A DNA stretch of 37,938 nucleotides, taken from NCBI GenBank assembly GCA_048213135.1, contig PS015173.1:62001-99938 (forward strand), written 5' to 3'. A model generated the notes under the pieces. The model saw nothing but the letters and a program-made list of their open reading frames with translations. It searched no databases and was not told the origin of the DNA. Positions 22,964 through 34,139 of this stretch are shown one piece after another (the stretch's first letter is position 1; the number at the start of each line of letters is the position of its first letter). Source of the DNA: Reclinomonas americana ATCC 50394. Taxonomy: Eukaryota. The translations under genes and the position numbers were made by a program.

Positions 22964-24335
22964 TCACAGCATCGGTGACCGACTGACACTTGCCGCCGCC
23001 GTGGCCGTCTGCTGTCGCTGAATCTCCAGCGCAGCCTCGAGCTCCACCAAGGCCTCTCGCGCCTTGGCCACCTGCGCACGGATTGCGTCACTGGGCTTCT
23101 CCAGCGACGGAGCGACAAGCTGCGGCACGTTCTCGTCGAAGCGGCGAATGTAGGCGCGCAGGCACTCCATGCGCCTGCTCACGTCCTTCTCGGCCAGGAG
23201 GAACACCAAATCATTGGCCACCATGTGCCGAATGACGAGGCACGGATCGGCCGTGCGCAGCGGAAAGAACGACTCCGAGTGCANNNNNNNNNNNNNNNNN
23301 NNNNNNNNNNNNNNNNNNNNNNNNNNNNNNNNNNNNNNNNNNNNNNNNNNNNNNNNNNNNNNNNNNNNNNNNNNNNNNNNNNNNNNNNNNNNNNNNNNNN
23401 NNNNNNNNNNNNNNNNNNNNNNNNNNNNNNNNNNNNNNNNNNNNNNNNNNNNNNNNNNNNNNNNNNNNNNNNNNNNNNNNNNNNNNNNNNNNNNNNNNNN
23501 NNNNNNNNNNNNNNNNNNNNNNNNNNNNNNNNNNNNNNNNNNNNNNNNNNNNNNNNNNNNNNNNNNNNNNNNNNNNNNNNNNNNNNNNNNNNNNNNNNNN
23601 NNNNNNNNNNNNNNNNNNNNNNNNNNNNNNNNNNNNNNNNNNNNNNNNNNNNNNNNNNNNNNNNNNNNNNNNNNNNNNNNNNNNNNNNNNNNNNNNNNGC
23701 CCGGCCTGCGTGGTCCACGGATGAAACTCGCCCAGCATGAGCCCGCGCTCCACAAAGCGCGCCTTGAGCGCCTGCTGCGTCTCGTCAATCAACTCGGGCG
23801 TCGCACGCGGAAACACCGTAATCAGCGCCTTGAGCTGCACAAAATCGAACATCGACCCCCATGAGAACACTCTCTTATACTCTCTTGCTTGTGAGGGGGA
23901 GCAAGCGCGTCCACGCACCAGTGGTCTCGCACACGGCATCTCCTTCTCAAACAGATGCAGCGACTGCATCATCTCACGTCGCATCTGCTCCTCCAGCACT
24001 GATGCACCTCTGCTCTTCTCCAGCGCCACCACGCGCACGCGGATCGCATCCCGACGCATCGCGGCCGGCACAAACGGGCACACCACGCCCGCACGTCCCA
24101 ACGCCGGATGCTCCTTGGCCAGAAACTGCTCAGCAAACACCGCCACGCGCTGCAACACTCCATTCACATCATCATGATCTCCACTGACAGCACTCTCCTC
24201 GTGCAACCGCGGAGGACGTGCGCTCGTCACGTCCACGGAGAACACCGCCGCGCGCTTGTCAGTGACGAGTGCGCGGCATTCGGAGATGGACCAGCCCCAT
24301 GACGGAGATGAGGAAGTGGAGCGTGCGGCTGACAT
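22964..24335 (-). CDS. DUF6875-like protein (family recalled mainly from bacteria)
   Basis: Motifs FLAKEHPALGRAGVVCPFVPAAM, KALITVFP, QQALKARFVERGLMLGEFHP, G-LHSESFFPLR, LVIRHMVANDLVFL and AYIRRF match the recalled pattern HPxLGRxGxVCPF..GLMxGEFH..GLHN..FxPL..IRHMVxxD. Probable in-frame intron at ~23835-23918. The start codon is uncertain. Confidence 0.72.
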
Positions 24336-24453
24336 GTGCCGCTGTGTGTGAGAGAGTAGTCGGAGCATTGGCCACCGCACGACAAACAAACAACAACGAA
24401 AGAACAACAAAAGGTTTGTCCAACTCATTGACTGACTGCGTCGGAGTTCTGAG

Positions 24454-26303
24454 ATGGGTGGGTGTGTGGAGTGGTTGCGCCGATGTAGGCAACGCGCTGG
24501 CACTGTGTTGCTGCTCACCACTGCGGCGTTGTTAGTGGTGAGCATACACAGAGTCGAATGAAAAACCACACGCCTTGTCATGCAACTCATCTGTCTCTCC
24601 GTCATACAGGATAACCTTGTCATGACGTGCGTCTCCCTTCCTCCCCCGTACACCCCACTCTCTCTCTCTCTCATTGTCTCGCTCACATGCAGCATCATTG
24701 TGCCCATCATTCCCGATTACCTCGACGAGAAGGGCTACTCGGCGACGCTCGTTGGCGTTCTCTTCTCCTCCAAGGCCATGGCGCAGCTGCTGGTGCAGGT
24801 CGGTGCTTGCGCTCACACGTGCTCTCTTTCGACTTTTGGCTCACTCTTCTGTGCGGGAAACAGCCACTGGTGGGCTTGGTGACGGATCGTGTGGGCCGCC
24901 TGGTGCCGCTGCTGTTTGGCATGCTGATTCTCACGGGCGCCACGCTGATGTATGCCTTTGGTGGCTCCTACGCGTTGCTGTTGACTGCACGTGCGATTCA
25001 AGGTGTGGGTTCCGCCTGTTCCACCACGGCGGGAATGGCCATGTTGGCGGATCAGTATCACGATGATGCGGCGCGTGGGGCGGCGTTTGGCAAGGCGCTG
25101 GGCGGGCTGGCGGTGGGCATCCTGCTGGGACCGCCGCTGGGTGGTGTGTTGTACCATGCGGGTGGCATCAAACTGCCGTTCCTGCTGCTGGCGGGCATGT
25201 CGGGTTTGGTGTTGGTGCTACAGGCGGTGTTTCTGCGGTACGATGCGCCTCCGCGGCGACGAAAGCAACAGGCGGGAGAGGCGATGTTGCTTGGCAGCGT
25301 CACCGACACGGAGGGTGGCGACAACAACAAGACGGCGATGGTGGTGGTGAAGGAGCGGTCGCGTCAGATGCACATGCTGCACATGCTGCGCGATCCGTAC
25401 ATTCTGCTCATCTTTATCGAGCTGATTGTGATGACCACCAGTGTGGCGTTCCTCGAACCCTGTTGCGTCGTGCGTCATTTGCTTTTGAGTACCGCTGCGG
25501 TTGCTGACATGAGAGAGAATGCGGCAGGCCTGCCGACTTTTATGAAGGACCGCTTCAACTCCTCGTCGGTGGCGACGGGTCTCATCTTCGCGGCCGCCAC
25601 TGCTTCGTACGCCATCTTCAATCCGATCATGGGCGCACTTGGTGAGAGTTGTGTCCCCGCACTGTGTGGGTAGCACAGAACTGACACGTATCTCGGCAGG
25701 GCATCGACTTGGTCGCTGGCTGTGTGTCCTCATCGGTGCGCTGCTGCTGATGCTGTGGCTGCCACTGCTGTCGGTCGGCAACTCGCAGTACTGGCTCATC
25801 TTCCCGCTCTTTGGCTTCGGCTTGAGTTTCGCTCTCATCGACTCGAGTGTCATGCCCATGTTGGCGTTCCTGCTCGACGTTCGCCACAATTCCGGTTCGT
25901 ACGGCAGCGTCTTTGCGGCGGCCGACATGGGCCAGCAGCTGGGTTTTATCATCGGTGCGTGTGTGTATAGCATACCTGGCAGTCACTGGAAAAGACTGAC
26001 ACTGCTGGCAGGCCCATTGCTTGGCACGGCCATTTATGACAACACGTCGTGGTTGACTGCCTGCCTGATTGTCGGCGGCATCAATGTGATTTCCGCACCT
26101 TTTATGTTTTTCCTCCGAAAACCCACGCAGTACTTGGATGTGGCCGACAAGGATGCGGACGGCCGCACCGAACTGGACGGCAATGCCACGCCGATACTAC
26201 CTGCCGGCATGAGATCACAGGTGCGTACAAATCTCGTGTTCAAGACCGCAGCACGCGTGATTGCTCATTTTTCCGTGTGCAGAGCTCTTCAACAATACAG
26301 TAA
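24454..26303 (+). CDS. SLC18A: MFS transporter, SLC18A (VMAT/VAChT)-like vesicular amine:H+ antiporter; about 8 exons
   Basis: Spliced translation LLVDNLVMTIIVPIIPDYL, VGVLFSSKAMAQLL, TDRVG, ARAIQGVGSACSTTAGMAMLADQYHDDAARG, ALGGLAVGILLGPPLGGVLY, DPYIL, FLEP, IDSSVMPMLAFLLDVRH..YGSVFAAAD is colinear with recalled VMAT motifs. It includes a 17-nt microexon near 24610 and a stop at 26301-26303. Confidence 0.9.
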
Positions 26304-26325
26304 ACAAGCAATCATTATACTATCC

Positions 26326-29300
26326 TCACTGATGAGGGGGTGCAGGTGGTGGTGGCGGTGGAGGTGGTGGCGGAGGTGGTGGCGGTGGTGGTGGTGGCGA
26401 CTGCACGGTTCCTCGACGGTGACCACGGGCAGAGGAGCTTGACCTGCCGACAAGTTCCAGGACCACCTCATGCTGCGCCTGCTGCAACGAGAGGTGCAGG
26501 CGGCGAAGCATCTCAGAGTTGCTGTCACGCAGCACGTGATGGATTCTACCGAGGAGCTGCTCGACCTCTGCGTGTGCCATGCAGCGTTAGCACTCGGGAA
26601 TCAGTGAGCGAAGAGCATGCACGTGCCTTGAGTGTAATTTTCGGAGGTCGGCGCTCGTGCACCCCCACTGATCGAGGTCGCTGTCGCAGTTGCGGTGGTG
26701 CTAGTTGTTGTTGCTGTCGTGGTCGTCGTGGCGGTACTGGTGCCGCGCAGAACCGATGGTGACCGCGAGTGCGAGCGGCGTCTGTGTGGGCGACAGAATG
26801 AGAGGTTGATGTGAGTCGGTAAGCACGATCTGCACGCAACTCCCGATCCACTCGACGTCCGTGAAAGCTCCACAGCGCACTTCGCACAACCTCAATGTCT
26901 GCTCAGTTGGTGAGAAGAAGAACCATTCGACACAGGTGATATCAACGCCCTCACTCGAACACACCACGCGGGACCACGCCTTCCAGCTGCGCTGCAGAGA
27001 CACGCGCGAGATCGCCAATGGTGGCAAAGCGAGCACACAACATCTGAAACACGGACGTGTTCTTGCCACGAGCAGACACTGCTAGCACCGACAGTGGCTC
27101 GGTCGACTCCACCAGCCGCACACACAGAGGCTCCTCTGTGACAGTATTAGTCAGAAGACAAACCGACACGAGATACTCGAGAGACGGAGTTTGCAGACCC
27201 GCTGTGCCATCCACCATCATGGCATCCGACGAGTCGCTGTCGCCATCCGACATGTCTGCCACCAACGTTGAGCTGCCGCTCTGCATGTCGGGTGGCAGCG
27301 CGGTGTCGGGATTGGCGGCCAGTGTCGCCGCCCACTCGGCCAGTTGCTTGTGCCGCAAGCGAGTTCGTTGGCGCGCTGTCCCCATTTTCCCCCCATGCGT
27401 GGTGAGTCTATATTCCGTCGCGAGGAGCAGGCAGCAGCACTCACCGGCACGTCGGCGGCGCACGGGTTCAGTCGACTTGGAGGCCTGGCGAACGGTGGTG
27501 AGGTAAGAATGAACAGCGTCAGAGCGCACACAGGATGGTCTCTGGTCATCCACGCACCCTCGACTCCTGACTCTCGGTGAGATTGAATTGCACGCGATGT
27601 GGCGATCGAGCAGACATGGAAGACGATGACGAGCCTGGCGACGACGCTGATCTTCCTGCGGCGATATTCAGCACGAGGTGCGCACGGCTAGTTGTTCTCT
27701 CATGTGACGCAACTCATGGCTATTGCATCCTTGCTGTCTTCTTCGCTGGCCGACGACATCCCCGATCGGTCACCAAGTGGCAGTGGTGCTGCCGGTGGCG
27801 GGGGTGGTGGTGGTGGTGGTGGCGGCATTGGCGGTGTGCCATCCACGGTTTCCGGGCTCGACGCTGTGATGGAAATGAAGAATGAAAACACGAGCAGCCA
27901 TGAACACTATGGGTGCGACGAAACGGGACGATAGCGGAAGCGTCACTGTTTGCTCCTCCACTGCGGGCGCCGAGACGGGCCAGACTTGCAGAGAGTGCGA
28001 CTCCGACAACTCTGCACTGGAAAAGATGGTGTACGGAAGCTGGTGCTCGACCGCCGTCGCGGCAGCAGCCGCCGGCGCGGTGACGGTGAGGAGCGGTGGT
28101 GTCAGGTCGACGGGCATTTCTCGTTCCTCAGCCGCTTCCTCCGTCACTTGCGGCTCATCGCTCTTGTGCTCGGTGGTGCAAGTCTCCATCGGCTCCACCA
28201 CCTGCTCCTCTCCTTTCTCTTCTTCGACAATCGCCTCGGCAAAGTGTTCCACAGGCGGCGGCTGCGGTGCTTGTGGCGAAAAGGCCGCCGGCGATTCTGT
28301 GCGCACAATGTGCGTGAGCTTCCCCGTCTTGTTGTATTGACGGAGGCCATTATGCAGACTCGCCTGGCAACTGTGAAATCGGAGCCTGCGAGGCCGGATC
28401 CAGTTCCGTATACGTGACCGGCGCTTGTAATCTCTGCCACAGTACGCACCGTTTGCAGTGAGCGACAAGAGGAGAAAACACTTTCATCAACCCCCCACAA
28501 CAAACCTGCTGCGCCGCCTTCTCGCGTTGGTGATCGGTCATTAACTTTCGGCGCTTGCGAGCTCGAGTGTCGATGGTCACAAACTCGGTACTGCCGCTCG
28601 ACGGCGTACGCGAGAGCGGCTGATACTTTTCCTGCGTCGGAGTCTCGCCTCCCGAGACAGTGGTATCTGCAGCCGTGTGTGTGAGCAATCGGGTTGAAGG
28701 GCAGAGGTGCGATGCGTACACAACCTGCAGGGCGCTTGCGCGAGTCGCTCGAAACCGCCGACAGCTGCGAGAGGCTGGAGAGTGGCGAGTCCTCGTCAAG
28801 CAGCGATCGGCGACGACGACGCGTGTGCGTTGATGACGAGGCCGACGACGACAGCAGTGGAGGAATGAAGCTGCCCACAGACGACGCTTCTTCCTGTGTG
28901 TTGTTGCCCATGAGCACTCCGAGAATCACCACCGGCGCCGCGCCTCCGGCCGCAGCCTCGGCAGACGAAGCGGATAGCGGGAGAGAAACGGACGACGGCG
29001 GCGCCGGTGGTGGAGGTCCGGGGAAATTGGGAAGTGGTAATGTTGGTGCCACCAACTGCACGGCGCATTGATGAGGAAGGAGCGGCTTTCAAGCGGGGAC
29101 GCAATAAAACAAAACTCGGATCTCTCGGAGCACACGCTCGAGATCGGGTGGATACTGCAGTGTGCGCACGGCGCGTTCACCGAATGTCATCCGCCACCAC
29201 TGCAGCGTGTCGTCCACTAGGTGCTGTCGACGAGACCGCTCGAACACAGCCAGCAGGACCGGTGCGAACACCGACAGGTGCTGCCGAGGCGCAACATTGT

Positions 29301-32300
29301 CAGGGCGATACGTCGCAATCGTGCGCACAAACACGTAACGACGAACCTCACTGGTGAGTTCCGTGGACTCGGTGACAGAGTTGAATAGTGACGCCAGGTT
29401 GAGCCAGCACTTCTCCACCGAGGAACGCAGCACACTGTGTGGTGATTGCAAAAATGGCAGAGGGCTCGGCAGCGAGCTGCTCAGCGATCCGCGTTCGAAC
29501 ACCGACAGCTCTGGTGTGCGTAAGACAATCAGAGAAATGGGGTACTGCAAAGACGACATGCACATGTTCCTCAACCTGTCATTCCCTCCGGCACGGGCTC
29601 GATCAACTGTGCCAGTGCACTGCACGTACCACTGGCCAGACACATGAGGTCGGTGGCGCTGCGTTTCATGGACTGCATTCGATGCACATGAGTGGACCGG
29701 CGAGGCGCAGAGAATGAACGGGAAGTGCCACCTACTTCCATCAGAGAAAAGTACACGTCGAGAATGGCCTCGTCAAGCGCCACTGTGCGTGGCTCTTGCA
29801 CAACGCAACGCAGCAAGCGATCCATAATCGCCGATAACGAACGAACCACACTGCGCAGCAGAGTGCTGTCAGACGCCAGCAAGCACAAAGCAGACAGAGA
29901 CACAATGACGCACCAGTGTTCGGGGTGGGTGACGGAGAGAGGTGCCGACACGGACGAGTGGTGCAGGTCTCGACTAATGTCCTTCAGGCTGACATCGTGT
30001 CGGAAACATTCACGCAGACCAGCGCGCACGGCCGAATCCGGAGACGCCAGGAGCGACTTGGAGCACATGCTTGCTGTCAGGAGTGACATGACGGAGACAA
30101 CGAGGCGAGTGTTTGGACTGTGCGCACATCAACAGGAATTCAGCATCCGCAACACACTCGCCGTCACAAGCCAACGCAGTACGCACCACGCCTGCAGAAG
30201 CTTCGCACACACGTGCAGTGTGATGTTGGCAATGTCGCAGGCCGCTGGCACATCCGCAGCCATGATCACACGCAACAGCTCCAGCAGCACCGACTCCACG
30301 CGGGCCAGCAGCATCTCGTGGAAGTCGACTGCGAGCGGCCACAACACGAAACGCAGCACGATCGAAAGGCCTCCGCTACGCGGCGTGTGGTGTCGAATGT
30401 CGGTGCCGAGTACCGACGCGTATCTGCCTTCGTCGAAGGCGTGCACGAGAATATCGCCTGCAACGCCGCGGGGGATATTAGCAATCGGAAAAAGCAGGAG
30501 AACAGCGCAACAACTCACCAAAGTACGCCCACAAGCACACGGCTCGCGAGACCCCGTCTTGCTGCTGCGCGATGCTGCTGGTGTAGTCGGTGAGACACTC
30601 CAACAGCTCCAACTGCGCCATCGTGGTGTTAGCCATTCACACGCATGCACACGTGATGATTGAAAAGACGAACCGCGGGAAACGCCGAGAGTGCATGCTG
30701 CAGAATACCGTGCAGGTGGTCTGCAAACATCGCTGTCGACAGCGTGGAGTCGACGTCGACCTCCCACGTTTCACGCAGCGTCTTGTCAAAAACGCACAGC
30801 GCTACCAATGCGCACACCTCTGCACAACTCGATTTGCATGAGTAACGCGGTATGGGTGATGCACAAGAGGCGAGCAGACAGTCCGCACCGTAGAGAGAAA
30901 ACACTGGCATGGCTTTCGCCTCGGCGCTCCACCCGCGACATGAGCTGCACGTGGAACTGGCATCAGCAGATATGCAGACGAGGCGAAACCTACAAAAGTG
31001 TGACATCACTCAACGATGGCACATCCTGCGGTGCAAAGAGGAACAATGACGAAGCGCCGGCATGTGCCGGTATCCGCCGGATCAGCAAGTACAACAAGTG
31101 CGCCAGTGAAGGCGATCGCTTCCCTTCCAGTTCGAGGGGCGTGAGCTCTGCTCTCTTGGTGGTGAGCCACGGTTCGCTACTCGCAAGGCGACACAATCAA
31201 AACCTGAAAACATCGGCAGCAGCCACTGCATAAATGCACTGCTGCAGGCACGTCGCAAGTTGATAACTTCGTTCTCTGATGGTGGGCGGCGACCTGGAGC
31301 CAGTAGGTGCACAAGAGCCGGGAAAATGGAGGCCGTGTATCGAATGACGTGATGCGTCAGTGTCTCCACATGCTGAGACGAAAGGGGCAAGTTGAGTGAT
31401 GACAGGACGCACACACAAGCAAGGTTGTGCAGCAGCACACCTGTGGATGAGTGCCGCGCTGTATCAGAGAGTGCAGCGACGACATGATGGGGATGGGAGC
31501 CTGAATCAAGCACTGCCAGGTGTCGCCCAGGAAGGCAATGACGTGCACAACATTGGCGATGGTGCCTGGGGCGCGCTGTTCCATGGAGGCGCCAGGAAAT
31601 ACGGCAATCGCAGTCGCAAGCGCACTCCGCTGGGCAGCCACCGACTGGTCTGCAGGCATTGGCGGTGAGTTTTCATGACGGCGTAACGAGAAAGAGAGAG
31701 AGAGAGGGGTGCTAACCATCTGATGGTTTGCTCTCAAACGCCACCGAGGCGAACGTCTCCAACGCCCCGAAAATCTCCTCCGCCAGCGCCCGGCTGGCCA
31801 CGCGCAGAGCAATCCGAGACAGCACCACCACTAGGTGATGTACGTTCTGTGGTGTGACAGCATTCAGAGAGACGACGGACTGACATGCCACGGGCGGGAG
31901 GCTCACCGATTGAGCATCCACGGTCGTCCACTTGTACTTGCGATCCATCAGCTTCCGAAAGAGTAACCTGGACGACATGGTGGCCAACATGTGGCCAAAC
32001 AAGCGTGCAACCGCCGTGTACAGCGGTGACGGTTCCAGCGGCGCACCTTTCGCGACAGACACGAGAGATAATCTGCAGTCGCGGATTAGAAGAAAATACA
32101 AATTGTTTGTGTGGGTCGGTGACATCAGTACCTCTTGAGCGCCTGTATGGGCGGACCGAGCGAGCACTCGCACTTGACGGTATCCATGCGGTCATTGTTG
32201 CCGCTGTTGCTGCCACTGCCACCGGTGCAGTCGCTGTTGAAGACGTCGAACACGAGGTGCCAGATGTTGAAGATACACACAGCGGCCTCGGGCGACAGGG

Positions 32301-33935
32301 GCGAGGACCCGCCACTGGCCGCGATGCCCTTGTCCTTCACGCCGTTGACGACGCCGCCACCGCTGGCCTCAATCATCACTTGGTGTCCCATGAGCAGTAG
32401 CCGATTGGCGAGTTTGCTCGAGGCTATTCGGCTGCCCAGCAGAAACACCAGGTAGCCCCACATGCGCACCCGAGTGACATCGTCGCCAATGGCCTGCAAA
32501 AGCGTGAGCATGCGCAGCGGTGCCTGTGTCACCACCGCAGTCAGCACCACACAACAATCCCTCGATTGCCATGATACACCACGCACTTCAGCATCGCTCT
32601 GCAGGCGCTGGCGCATTTCATCAAACGAGACGCCTTCTACAGACTGCACAATCGCATCGGCGAGGGTTCGAAGCGGACCCGTGCGGTGCGACATGGCCAC
32701 TCGACGATACTCGAGACACATGTGCTCGATCGCGGCAGCAGTGGAGCACAACTCTGCTGCTGTTCCGGCAGCCACAGAAAACACCGACGCTTGCGACTCG
32801 TCGGCACCACCACCACCAGCGACACCACCGCCACTGCCTCCTCCTGCTCCCAGACTCTTCAAGTGTCGCGCGAAGAGCGGCGCGAGCCACGTATGAGCAC
32901 TGGAGAACATGACGGGAGAGTGTCGTCGGAAGAGTGCCAAGAGAGCCTGCGAGTGGACGGGTGGGTGGATGGGTGGAGCGGGAGGACTTTGGATGGTGGC
33001 AGCGCGCAACATTGACCGCCAGATTCTCCACCATTGGTGTGGTGGACGACGACTGTTCGCCCACAGCCAAGCGCACGAGCGCGTGTACTATGCCGTCGAG
33101 AAACTCCTCCTCCACCGCTGGTCGCAGGCGCATGTAGTACACTGCGAGTGCTGCCGAGCACACCAATCTCTGCTTGCAAGCACATGAAACGAGGCTTGTG
33201 TCATCCGAACCCCTGGCGATGCACACATACGACAGACACAACACACTGACCGTCACCGACGACTCCAACAGCTGCAGCAGCGACGCCGCAAACGATTGTT
33301 GCAAGTCGTCTGCAACATGCGCAGCACGACAGTCAGATCACGTCGCTAGTAGACATTGCCGACGACGACTGTACCTGACACGAGACACTGGGGACCATCG
33401 GTCACCTGCGCACAGCAGACGACCTGCGAGAAGACGAGAACCGCCCGCGAGGTACTGCGTGCAAGGAACACAGTTTGGTGGTGAATGACGATCGGCTTGG
33501 GATCCCACGGCGATCATGCATGCTCACCAGAACACCTGCGATTCCATGTCGTGCTTGATCGACTTGGATGTGGGCGGCCTGACAGTGTCACGCACTCGCT
33601 GCAGTGCGTCCGCGTGTAGATCACCCTGCAGCAGAGTGCGACACAGTTGTGGAAAGAGATCACGCATGTGATCCGAACTGTGCGAGGCCGCGCATTCCAG
33701 CAACTCGGGGAGCCACTCGAGCTGTGCGATCGCGGTCGGAGTGGCGAGTCAAGGACACACATGCGCGAGTGAGACGAGAGAGCGAGGAGGAGGAGGGAAT
33801 AAGGATATGAGTGGCGAGTGTTGTGTACTCGGCGATGCGTGCGGCCGAGGTGGTGGTTGCCGTGCTGCACACCTCGATGGCGCGCGTCAGGTGTGCGACG
33901 AGGGAGTCCACGGAATGTGGATCCTCGTCGCCCAT
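26326..33935 (-). CDS. RIF1: Replication timing / telomere factor Rif1 homolog, multi-exon
   Basis: The N-terminal HEAT-like region has AEYTTLATHI and MWGYLVFLLGSRIASSKLANRLL..IFNIWHLVFDVF (compare recalled RIF1 WPLFVKLLG..FINSLL..AFIAWKSLIDNF). It is followed by a long S/A/E-rich disordered middle, an RVQF PP1-docking motif (27585-27596), and C-terminal LVESTEPLSVL..FATIGDLARVSAAQLE (compare IKTIGDLSTLTASEI), ending in poly-Pro. The start is taken at MGDEDP (33935) and is uncertain. Confidence 0.8.
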
Positions 33936-34139
33936 GCTCGATGGTCGAGCAAGAGTCGAAGAGGGAGACGATGTCGACGTGGGACAGGATGACGTCGGCC
34001 GACTCGTCGAAAGACAGGAGAAGGCGCACTTGCATGTATGTTTCGGCAGGCATTGTTCAACCAATTCACTTCAAAAAGAAACCCATCACCAAACTTCCTC
34101 TATGACCTAAATAAAATGCAACATGTGCGTTGCTGCCGC

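Noticed and set aside
29692-30663. 323-aa + strand ORF and other long ORFs antisense to RIF1 or the S53 gene
   Set aside because: These are GC-rich antisense shadows with no recognisable motifs. The splice signals lie on the - strand.
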